IMG/VR virus record: IMGVR_UViG_3300035698_009139
Length of the DNA stretch: 64,000 nt
Direction: 5' to 3' (one strand)
From: a virus
The translations under genes were made by a program, and so were the position numbers. This document shows, in pieces, positions 47,959 through 56,359 of this stretch; position 1 is the stretch's first letter, and the number at the start of each line of letters is the position of its first letter. The notes under the pieces are model-generated. The model searched no databases. It was given only the letters and a program-made list of their open reading frames with translations, and was not told where the DNA came from.

Positions 47959-48614
47959 TGAAACTGATATGTGAAGTAGCTGACGACCAGGCATTGCAGT
48001 TTCTTGAAGAAGCTGATGCATCTGGTGGCAAGAAACTGTACATCCAGGGCCCGTTCCTACAGGCAGAGCAGCCTAATAAGAACCACCGACAGTATCGCAT
48101 CGAGACGCTGCAGCGTGAAGTAAAACGCTACAATGAAAATTACGTGCAGAAGAATCGTGCATACGGAGAGCTTGGGCATCCACAGGGCCCAACGATCAAC
48201 TTGGATCGTGTTTCACATATGATTGTCAAGCTCGAGCAGAGCGGCAACGACTTCATTGGTAAAGCTAAGATCACAGATACGCCATCTGGTAACATCGTAA
48301 AGGCTCTTATGGGTGAAGGTGCTTCATTGGGCGTCAGCTCACGTGGGATGGGATCACTGAAAGACATCGGCAGCGGCCTTTCAGAGGTCCAGGACGATTA
48401 TTATTTGGCCACACCAGCAGACATCGTGGCCGATCCATCAGCTCCAGACGCATTTGTCCAGGGTATTATGGAAAACAAAGAGTGGACGTGCGTTGAAGGA
48501 ATCTGGATGGAACAGCACCTTGATGCGGCTAAAAAGTTTATAAATAACACGCCGGCTCCAGAACTAAATGCAGCCAAAATCAAAGTATTTGAGGCCTTTA
48601 TCCAATCTCTATAG
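47958..48614 (+). CDS. gp21: Prohead core protease
   Basis: GELGHP, GVSSRG.GS, DIVADPSAPDAFV. Confidence 0.97.
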   Translation: MKLICEVADDQALQFLEEADASGGKKLYIQGPFLQAEQPNKNHRQYRIETLQREVKRYNENYVQKNRAYGELGHPQGPTINLDRVSHMIVKLEQSGNDFIGKAKITDTPSGNIVKALMGEGASLGVSSRGMGSLKDIGSGLSEVQDDYYLATPADIVADPSAPDAFVQGIMENKEWTCVEGIWMEQHLDAAKKFINNTPAPELNAAKIKVFEAFIQSL

Positions 48615-48636
48615 GATAGCCTGAAACAACTAGATA

Positions 48637-48644
48637 TATAAATA
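48637..48644 (+). promoter_or_regulatory. Late promoter
   Basis: TATAAATA. Confidence 0.8.
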
Positions 48645-48679
48645 GTAACAAGAAATTTATAATTCGTAAGGAGATACCG

Positions 48680-49789
48680 ATGGCCGTAAAGACACAGGTT
48701 GTAGAAGACCAGGAAATCGAAAATGCAGTCGATCAGCTGGATGAATTCAAGGCCGATGGTGAAGCTTCATCAGTAGCCGAGCCTGTAGCAGGTCAGACTC
48801 CAACACGTCGTGCAGATCAGCGTAAGGGCGAAACAGCTCCTATCATGCAGGGTACTTCTAAAGTATCCAAAGCAGCAATGCTTAAGCAGATGGTTGAAAA
48901 GCTTTCACAGCTTAAAGATACAGATCTGAAAGCCGCATACAAAGGCGTGATGAATACTTCGAAGCAGGAAAATCCTGGTGAGAAGCCAATCGCCCAGGGT
49001 ACGACAGACATCAAGCAGCCACCTCGCGTAACCAAAGAAGACCTAGACATCGCTTCTGATCTAGCAGCAATCTTCGCCGGCGACGAGACGCTTTCAGCAG
49101 AATTCAAAACTCAGGCAACTGAAGTATTCGAAACTGCAGTGGTATCAAAAATCAATGAGCACCTAGAAGACATCTTCGAGACAGCAGAAACAAGCGTCGA
49201 GACAATGACGGAATCTGCTAAAGAAGAATTGTCAACGAAATTGGACAGCTATCTTGACTACGTAGTCGAGCAGTGGATGGACGATAACAAGTTGGCAGTT
49301 GATCGCGGCATCCGCGCCGAGATCGTTGAAAACTTCATGGGTGGCCTACGCAACCTATTCGTAGAGCATTATGTAGACATCCCAGAAGACAAGGTAGACG
49401 TCGTAGATGACCTTGTTGTCCGTGTTGAAGAGCTTGAGTCGGCTCTTAGTGAGCAGATTGACGTGAACGTCACATTGGTCGCTGAAAACGAAGACCTTGC
49501 ACGTTCGCGAGTTCTTTCTCAGGTGACTGAGGGCTTGACGGAAACTCAGGCAGAAAAGATTACTTACCTGAGTGAAGCAGTAACATTCGATTCGTCTAAT
49601 GATTTCCAGACGGCTGTCGAGGGACTGAAAGAGAGTTATTTTGCAGGCGGCACAGTACGAACAATCGTTGAAGAAGACGACATCGACGGCCCAGTAGGCC
49701 TTGCCGAAGCAGCACCAGAGGGTTCCGCTCAAATGAAACCTTATATTGATGCCATCACACGCTCACTTGGCGCGCCCGCAAAAAAATAA
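48680..49789 (+). CDS. gp22: Prohead scaffold protein
   Basis: LS.EFK..A...FE.AV, D.YLDYVVE.W, F.EHY.D.P. Confidence 0.95.
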   Translation: MAVKTQVVEDQEIENAVDQLDEFKADGEASSVAEPVAGQTPTRRADQRKGETAPIMQGTSKVSKAAMLKQMVEKLSQLKDTDLKAAYKGVMNTSKQENPGEKPIAQGTTDIKQPPRVTKEDLDIASDLAAIFAGDETLSAEFKTQATEVFETAVVSKINEHLEDIFETAETSVETMTESAKEELSTKLDSYLDYVVEQWMDDNKLAVDRGIRAEIVENFMGGLRNLFVEHYVDIPEDKVDVVDDLVVRVEELESALSEQIDVNVTLVAENEDLARSRVLSQVTEGLTETQAEKITYLSEAVTFDSSNDFQTAVEGLKESYFAGGTVRTIVEEDDIDGPVGLAEAAPEGSAQMKPYIDAITRSLGAPAKK

Positions 49790-49793
49790 ATAT

Positions 49794-49801
49794 TATAAAT
49801 A
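49794..49801 (+). promoter_or_regulatory. Late promoter
   Basis: TATAAATA. Confidence 0.85.
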
Positions 49802-49837
49802 AGCCAAAGACCGAATTGGTAAACAAGGAGACCGACT

Positions 49838-51226
49838 ATGGACATGAATAAGAGTCATCTAGAGCAGCTACAGGAAAAGTGGGACGGCGTTATCAATCAC
49901 GATGGCCTTCCTTCAATCGCCGACGGTCACCGCCGTTCAGTTTTGGCAACCCTTCTGGAAAACCAGGAATTGGATGCCCGTCAGCAAGCCGCTGGTTCAG
50001 GTGGATATGGCGCTCCAACGCTTTTGGGTGAGTCTTCACCTACAAATGCCATGGGTGCTTCTAGCTCCACAGCAGGCGACGGCGCAGTAGACATCTTCGA
50101 CCCCGTACTGATTTCACTTGTACGTCGTTCGATGCCTAACCTTGTTGCTTATGACCTTTGTGGCGTACAGCCAATGACAGGTCCAACCGGTCTTATCTTT
50201 GCCCTTCGTTCACGTTATACGAACCAGGCAGGAGCCGAAGCACTGTTCAACGAAGCCAATACTTCGTTTGCATCATCTGCTGCAGGCAACACAGCATCGA
50301 TTGGTGCTCGTGACGAAATCGGTACAAACGTTGGCCAGGTTGGTAATGATCCAACGGCACGCGCATTTGCTAACGGTTATTCAGTAGAACACGGCATGAC
50401 TACAGCTCAGGCTGAAGCACTTGGCGATGTGACAACGAATGGCTTCCAGGAAATGGCATTCAGCGTAGAGAAGGTTGCTGTAACAGCAGTATCCAAGGCT
50501 CTAAAGGCTGAGTACACGATGGAACTTGCACAGGACTTGAAAGCAGTTCACGGTCTTGACGCAGAGACAGAGCTTGCCAATATCCTTTCTGCTGAAATTC
50601 TTGCAGAAATCAACCGCGAAGTTGTTCGTACGATCAACTACACGGCTACAGCAGGCGCCCAGGAAAATGTAACAACGGCCGGCACGTTCGACCTTGATAC
50701 AGATTCGAACGGTCGTTGGATGGTAGAGCGCTTCAAGGGTCTTATCTTCCAGCTAGAGCGTGAATGTAACGCCATTGCCAAGGCGACCCGTCGAGGCAAG
50801 GGCAATGTGATGATCGTTGGTTCGGACGTCGCATCAGCACTTCACCTAGCAGGTGTTCTGGATTATACTCCAGCCCTAAACAACAACCTTCAGGTTGACG
50901 ACACAGGTAACACATTCGCTGGTGTTATGAATGGTCGCATTCGCGTTTACATCGATCCGTACTTCGCAAGTGCTTCAGGCAAGCAGTATGCAACACTTGG
51001 TTATAAGGGGTCTTCAGCCTTCGACGCCGGATTGTTCTACTGCCCTTACGTACCTCTACAGATGGTACGTGCCGTTGGCGAGAATACGTTCCAGCCAAAA
51101 ATCGGCTTCAAGACGCGATATGGCATCATCGCCAATCCTTTCGCAACGTCAGCAGCCGACGGAACGATCAGCTTCAACAACAAGAACGTTTATTACCGCT
51201 TCATGCAGATTTCGAACTTGATGTAA
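49838..51226 (+). CDS. gp23: Major capsid protein
   Basis: GVQPMTGPTGL, ELAQDLKAVHGLDAE, FYCPYVPL, FQPKIGFKTRYG. Confidence 0.99.
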   Translation: MDMNKSHLEQLQEKWDGVINHDGLPSIADGHRRSVLATLLENQELDARQQAAGSGGYGAPTLLGESSPTNAMGASSSTAGDGAVDIFDPVLISLVRRSMPNLVAYDLCGVQPMTGPTGLIFALRSRYTNQAGAEALFNEANTSFASSAAGNTASIGARDEIGTNVGQVGNDPTARAFANGYSVEHGMTTAQAEALGDVTTNGFQEMAFSVEKVAVTAVSKALKAEYTMELAQDLKAVHGLDAETELANILSAEILAEINREVVRTINYTATAGAQENVTTAGTFDLDTDSNGRWMVERFKGLIFQLERECNAIAKATRRGKGNVMIVGSDVASALHLAGVLDYTPALNNNLQVDDTGNTFAGVMNGRIRVYIDPYFASASGKQYATLGYKGSSAFDAGLFYCPYVPLQMVRAVGENTFQPKIGFKTRYGIIANPFATSAADGTISFNNKNVYYRFMQISNLM

Positions 51227-51246
51227 TCTGAGCGATCAATAAGAAG

Positions 51247-51287
51247 AGAGAGCGGCGCCCTAGTGGCGTCGTTTTCCGTTATAAATA
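51247..51287 (+). terminator. Terminator hairpin after gp23, followed by late promoter TATAAATA (51280-51287)
   Basis: GAGAGCGGCGCC-CTAGT-GGCGTCGTTTTC. Confidence 0.75.
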
Positions 51288-51305
51288 CTGTCGAAGGGAA
51301 TCGGC

Positions 51306-51827
51306 ATGGCTTTTAGCAATCAACCAGAAAATCTGAACCAACTATCACCACTAGGCTTTCGATTTGTATTGAATAGAACCCCGACAGTGACGTATTTCTG
51401 CCAGCAAGCTCCTATACCGGGCATATCGATCCCTGAAGTCCCGCAGATGACGCCAACTTTGAGCATTCCTCTACCAGGAACACCAATGACCTTTGAGCCG
51501 TTCAATATACGCTTTAAGGTCGACGAAGACATGGTTAATTGGATGGAAATATTCAATTGGATGAATGGGTTAGCATTCCCGGGTGACACAAATGCATATA
51601 AGTCACTTGTGGGTGGGGTGGACGGACCGATTCGTAACGGTTTGAGTGATGGCCGCCTGATAGTATCCACCAATCAGCATAATCCTTCGATCAGTGTGTC
51701 ATTCTATGATATGTGGCCAACCAACTTATCACAGATAGATTTCGACACAACGCATCATGACGTCGAGTATATGGAGGCCGAAGTTACGTTCAGGTATCGT
51801 AACTACACTGTTGCCTCAGTGGCGTAA
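51306..51827 (+). CDS. gp3: Tail completion / tube terminator protein
   Basis: N.LSP.GF.F, YFCQ...IPG, F.VDED..N..EI..W. Confidence 0.9.
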   Translation: MAFSNQPENLNQLSPLGFRFVLNRTPTVTYFCQQAPIPGISIPEVPQMTPTLSIPLPGTPMTFEPFNIRFKVDEDMVNWMEIFNWMNGLAFPGDTNAYKSLVGGVDGPIRNGLSDGRLIVSTNQHNPSISVSFYDMWPTNLSQIDFDTTHHDVEYMEAEVTFRYRNYTVASVA

Positions 51828-51839
51828 TTGTGGTATAAT
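51811..51839 (+). promoter_or_regulatory. Sigma70-type promoter for the uvsY block
   Basis: TTGCCT-17-TATAAT with extended TG. Confidence 0.75.
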
Positions 51840-51874
51840 AGATAAGTTTTACTACACAGTTGGTTATTGTATAC

Positions 51875-52315
51875 ATGAAAAGTGAAGACATCATCGACCT
51901 TTGGACAGATGATTGCAAAGTAGACGACGTCGACCTAGATGTTGAGAGTCTGAAGATTCCTACTTTACATGGCAAGTATCTGAGAATCTACAGCAAGGAG
52001 CGCAAAATACTTCGGGCGCTGGAGATCAAACGCAAACAACTAAAGCAAACATTGTACGATTATTTTAAGGGCGATCTGAATGATCCGTCGACGCTAGAAG
52101 AATTGAAGCGTCAGCCTTTCGATCGGATTGTTTTGAAGAATGAGATCCCTGATATGATCGACGCCGACAACGCAATGATGCAGCTGAATATCAGAATGGC
52201 TGTTCAACGTGAGAGTGTTGAGGTATGTGAAGAGATTATGAAGTCGATTAACACACGTGGATTTGCAATCAAAAACGCTATTGAGTGGCGTCGCCTAACC
52301 AATTTTGGGACATAA
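51875..52315 (+). CDS. uvsY: Recombination mediator
   Basis: ESL.IP.LH.KY, R.F.IKNAIEW. Confidence 0.93.
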   Translation: MKSEDIIDLWTDDCKVDDVDLDVESLKIPTLHGKYLRIYSKERKILRALEIKRKQLKQTLYDYFKGDLNDPSTLEELKRQPFDRIVLKNEIPDMIDADNAMMQLNIRMAVQRESVEVCEEIMKSINTRGFAIKNAIEWRRLTNFGT

Positions 52316-52318
52316 ATC

Positions 52319-52597
52319 ATGGGATATCTACCGCTAGAAAATCTGGCCGTATTCGCAGTCAAGAACACACAAGATAGCACTTATTTGAAACGCAGCAATG
52401 GCAAGCAAGCATGGGCTACGATCGGTGCCGCCAAAAATGCCTGGAATGCTGAGCACGAATCAGCTAGGGGTGAGTTCGATCGAATGGTCCGACATGGTAA
52501 ATGGGAGAGCGACCAGAGTACTGCAGAATGTGTTCGATTTAACCAACAGACCAAGTATGCAATCGTTAGACTGGAGTTGGTCCCGGATGGAGTTTGA
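52319..52597 (+). CDS. Hypothetical phage protein
   Basis: GK.AW...G.AK.AW motif. Confidence 0.7.
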   Translation: MGYLPLENLAVFAVKNTQDSTYLKRSNGKQAWATIGAAKNAWNAEHESARGEFDRMVRHGKWESDQSTAECVRFNQQTKYAIVRLELVPDGV

Positions 52598-52760
52598 TAG
52601 AAAAGGCCTAGACGCAGCATTGCTAGCGATTGCTGATGGTTATGATTACAAAGTATTTGAAACATATGCTGAAGTAATGGTTGTAGTGACCAACCCGGAT
52701 TTTCAAGAAGACGACGGCAGCGACGTTAACCTAGTCATTGAAGTTTTGAATAGAGGATAA
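52587..52760 (+). CDS. Hypothetical 57-aa protein
   Basis: GGAG RBS; weak similarity to the next gene. Confidence 0.6.
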   Translation: MEFDRKGLDAALLAIADGYDYKVFETYAEVMVVVTNPDFQEDDGSDVNLVIEVLNRG

Positions 52761-52765
52761 CTAGT

Positions 52766-52951
52766 ATGCGAGCAGACTGGAAAGATTATGCTGACCGTGT
52801 AATGACAGCCGTATCTAGGGGTGCTGCATATCAACTAACATCTCGATTCGGGGGCGGGTATTATCTAACGGTTGATAACCCCGAGTGGAAAGTAGGTAGG
52901 AAATGCAACCGCCATTTGGTGCTATTTTTATCTGATGAGATATATGAATGA
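52766..52951 (+). CDS. Hypothetical protein
   Basis: GAGGA RBS. Confidence 0.6.
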   Translation: MRADWKDYADRVMTAVSRGAAYQLTSRFGGGYYLTVDNPEWKVGRKCNRHLVLFLSDEIYE

Positions 52952-53151
52952 CCATCCATTGCCCTGACTGCGGGTCGTTGATGGAGAGCATCAAAGATAT
53001 GTTCGAGCATCTGTATATGGCCCACGAGACCCCCATCGACGAAATCGCTGACCGCATGATACAGGTTGGCTTAATTAATCAAAAAGAACATGCATTTCTA
53101 ATGGAGAGGCACGAAGAAATCCTTGAGCAAAGTAACCGTTACAAAAGTTAA
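52948..53151 (+). CDS. Small C2H2 zinc-finger-like protein
   Basis: CPDC...H....H. Confidence 0.65.
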   Translation: MTIHCPDCGSLMESIKDMFEHLYMAHETPIDEIADRMIQVGLINQKEHAFLMERHEEILEQSNRYKS

Positions 53152-54601
53152 CAACGTATTTCTAAGCGTAGAGTGCGATAGAGGTGTTGCCCAAGAACTC
53201 GGGGAATACTTCTGCTTCTATGCTTATAATTATCAATTCCATCCGATGTATAAAAATAAGGTTTGGGATGGTAAAATCCGTCTGCTAGACCGCCGAACAA
53301 ATCAGATGTACCTTGGCTTGTTCAAATATATTGAAAAGTTCTGCACGGAACGTGGATATTCCTTGGATATGGATCCGAGGCTCAGCGAGACTACTGAATA
53401 CTCTTTGCATGAAGCTCAAGTATTCAGTCGAGATCTGGCTGCGAAGTTAGACTTCGATCCTCACGATTTCCAGGAAGAGGGTTTAGCTCATGTGGTACGT
53501 AATAACGGCCGCTCTATATTGTTGTCTCCTACTGCAAGCGGTAAGTCATTCCTTATATATCTTCTGATCAAATATTACAACAGCAAAACTCTGATCATTG
53601 CGGATACAATCGGTCTAGTCGGCCAGATGAGAGACGACCTAATCGAATATGGGTATCCAGCCGATCAAATCCATACAGTAACTGGCGTTGATAAAAAATC
53701 ATCAGATAAGCAGTTGGTGATTGCTACCTGGAAGGGGTTGTACCGTCAAGACAAAAAGTATTTTGCACAGTACGAAGTAACGATTGGCGACGAGGTGCAT
53801 TTGTTTAATGCTAAGTCGCTGATCAAAATTATGACAAGTCTGACAAACAGCGGAGTGCGCGTCGGGCTTACTGGTACGTTGGACGATGTCCAAGTCCATC
53901 AGATTTCATTGGAGGGATTGTTCGGGCCCGTCAGACGTCTCGCTGAAACCAAGGATCTGATCGAGCGTGGAATTCTCAGCGACGTCAATATCAAAGGGCT
54001 GGTTCTGAAATACCACGCCGACGACCGAGCTATTTTGCGCAAACTGACAATGAAGCTCACCACTACAAAGAAGTTTCAAGCAGAGCGCTTGTATCTAACT
54101 AACCATAAGAGACGCCAGCGGTTCATCGTCAACTTAGCTCTATCGATGAAGGAAAACTCATTGGTGTTGTTTCAAATCGTCGAGCAAGGCAAAGAGCTTT
54201 ATGAGATGGTTAAAGCTGAAGCTGGCGATCGAAAAGTGTTTCTCGTTTATCAGAAAACTTCGATGGAGGCTCGACAAGAGATCCGCCGCATTACAGAGAA
54301 AGAAAAAGATGCCATTATCATTGCCTCATTCAAAACATTCGCTACGGGAACAAATATTCGCAATCTGTATCATGTCATTCTTGCAAATTCAGGTAAAGGC
54401 AAAATACGACTGCTGCAGAGTATCGGCCGCTCGCTACGAATCGGTCAGGATACTGCGTCGCTCGGAGCTACCATTTACGATATAGCTGATGATTTATCTA
54501 TGGGATCTTATGTGAATTATGCCATGCAACATTTTGTCGCGCGCATTAAAATATACGCTAAGGAAGGTTTCAAGTTCAAAACATACAACATTAAGCTTTA
54601 G
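53123..54601 (+). CDS. uvsW: RNA-DNA/DNA helicase
   Basis: WDGKIRL, PTASGKS, DEVH, GLTGT, QSIGR. Confidence 0.95.
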   Translation: MSKVTVTKVNNVFLSVECDRGVAQELGEYFCFYAYNYQFHPMYKNKVWDGKIRLLDRRTNQMYLGLFKYIEKFCTERGYSLDMDPRLSETTEYSLHEAQVFSRDLAAKLDFDPHDFQEEGLAHVVRNNGRSILLSPTASGKSFLIYLLIKYYNSKTLIIADTIGLVGQMRDDLIEYGYPADQIHTVTGVDKKSSDKQLVIATWKGLYRQDKKYFAQYEVTIGDEVHLFNAKSLIKIMTSLTNSGVRVGLTGTLDDVQVHQISLEGLFGPVRRLAETKDLIERGILSDVNIKGLVLKYHADDRAILRKLTMKLTTTKKFQAERLYLTNHKRRQRFIVNLALSMKENSLVLFQIVEQGKELYEMVKAEAGDRKVFLVYQKTSMEARQEIRRITEKEKDAIIIASFKTFATGTNIRNLYHVILANSGKGKIRLLQSIGRSLRIGQDTASLGATIYDIADDLSMGSYVNYAMQHFVARIKIYAKEGFKFKTYNIKL

Positions 54602-54647
54602 CTGCCAGCAGCAACCGTAGCTATCCTATTTCTGGGGGTACACCCCT

Positions 54648-54676
54648 ATTATACTCAAGTTCAGAAGCCCCGACAA
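54648..54676 (-). promoter_or_regulatory. Antisense sigma70 promoter firing into the 3' end of uvsW
   Basis: Minus strand TTGTCG-17-TATAAT. Confidence 0.65.
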
Positions 54677-54690
54677 CAAGGAATTTCGCC

Positions 54691-55263
54691 ATGAAGATGA
54701 AAAAGATTAAAAAGAAGCCGATTAATTATATTGACAAACCAGTATTCCTAGAAGCGATGCGCCAGCATAAGGAAAAGGTCAAGCAATATGAAATAGATAG
54801 AGTTGAAAACCCCGACCTGCTTGCACCGATGGTTTCAAATTACATTGGCGATTGTCTGTTGAAGATAGCAAAAGGTATCTCGTCGCGGCCCAACTTCTCC
54901 AGATATCCGTTCAGGGAAGAAATGGAAGGCGACGGAATTCAGAACTGTCTGCAGTATATAAACAACTTTGATCCAGCGCTGTCCAATAACCCGTTCGGTT
55001 ATTTTTCCAAGATCATATGGTTCGCCTTCCTTCGCAGAATCGAAAAAGAGCATACCAACCTATACACCAAGTATAAGATGATTCAGAACAATACAGCCCA
55101 GGTGGTCGACGGGGTCGATGGTGCAATCGAGTTGGGTATGATGTCCGATCACTCTGAATACTCGCAGGATTATATGTCTGAGTTTATTATCAACTACGAG
55201 CGAAAAAGAGATGAGAAAAGGGCCAAGACTAAGCTGGCTGCACAAAAGAAAAATGCTGTATAA
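54691..55263 (+). CDS. gp55: Late-transcription sigma factor
   Basis: YIG.C.LKIA, PNF..Y..REEM..DG, NPF.YF..I...AF.RRI.KE. Confidence 0.95.
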   Translation: MKMKKIKKKPINYIDKPVFLEAMRQHKEKVKQYEIDRVENPDLLAPMVSNYIGDCLLKIAKGISSRPNFSRYPFREEMEGDGIQNCLQYINNFDPALSNNPFGYFSKIIWFAFLRRIEKEHTNLYTKYKMIQNNTAQVVDGVDGAIELGMMSDHSEYSQDYMSEFIINYERKRDEKRAKTKLAAQKKNAV

Positions 55264-55291
55264 TACAACTAACTAAGAAAAGGTTAAGATA

Positions 55292-56359
55292 TTGAAGATC
55301 GCCTGTATAACTGATACCCACTTTGGCGCCCGAAACGATTCGCAAATATTCTTTGACTATTTTATGAAATTCTACGACGAGGTGTTCTTTCCCTATCTGG
55401 AGAAGAATGGCATCACGACGGTGATTCATTTGGGGGATATTGTTGATCGCCGGAAGTTCATCAACTTTGTTGTGCTTCATGGGTTCAGGAATCAATTCAT
55501 CAAGCAGTTTGTAGATCGCGGTATAGATCTGCACGTACTCGTTGGCAACCACGACACACCATATCGTAACACCAATGACATCAACGCCATGCAAGAATTG
55601 ATCAGCGAAGAAACAATCAAGCTGTACAGCGAGCCTGAATTGATGAACTTCGACGGCACGGATATTCTGATGATGCCGTGGATCAATAACGGCAACTTCT
55701 CCAAATGCATGGAGGTGATTGATAAGACGCCAGCGCAAATCATGTTCGCTCATTTAGAGATCATGGGTTTTGACACTATGGCAGCCGGCCTGAAATGTGA
55801 TACTGGATTCGACCGCAAGGTGTTCAATAAGTTTGATATTGTAGCATCCGGCCACTTTCATCACAGATCGTCTCAGGACAATATTCAATACCTTGGCGCC
55901 CCATATGAAATGACATGGGCTGATTACGGCGACCCTCGAGGATTCAATATATTCGATACGGATAAGAGAGAGTTCACGTTTATTCAGAACCCATACAAGA
56001 TGCACTATAAGTTGTTCTATGATGACAGCAATAAAACGGCCGGCGATATCATGCAAGCGGATTTTTCGTTTGTTGAAGACCGCTATATCAAAGTAGTTGT
56101 CGTCAGTAAGAAGAACAGTCTTTGGTTCGATAGCTATCTCGATCGCCTATATAAATTCAATCCTCAGAAGGTGACGATTATTGATGATGGGCGGCTGAGA
56201 GAAAACTTCGATGGGGATCTGATCGTCAATGAAGCAGAAGACACGCTGACGATCATAAATAACCGAATCGATCTAATCCGAGATGACGCGATCGACCCGA
56301 ATAGCGTAAAGCAAACTATTCAACGCTTGTATAACGAAGCGCTGATGATGGAGTATTGA
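55292..56359 (+). CDS. gp47: Mre11/SbcD-like nuclease
   Basis: DTHFG, GDIVD, GNHD, SGHFH. Confidence 0.95.
   Translation: MKIACITDTHFGARNDSQIFFDYFMKFYDEVFFPYLEKNGITTVIHLGDIVDRRKFINFVVLHGFRNQFIKQFVDRGIDLHVLVGNHDTPYRNTNDINAMQELISEETIKLYSEPELMNFDGTDILMMPWINNGNFSKCMEVIDKTPAQIMFAHLEIMGFDTMAAGLKCDTGFDRKVFNKFDIVASGHFHHRSSQDNIQYLGAPYEMTWADYGDPRGFNIFDTDKREFTFIQNPYKMHYKLFYDDSNKTAGDIMQADFSFVEDRYIKVVVVSKKNSLWFDSYLDRLYKFNPQKVTIIDDGRLRENFDGDLIVNEAEDTLTIINNRIDLIRDDAIDPNSVKQTIQRLYNEALMMEY

Noticed and set aside
48539-48546. TATAAATA inside gp21
   Set aside because: Lies in coding sequence, and a consensus copy sits intergenically at 48637; may be incidental.
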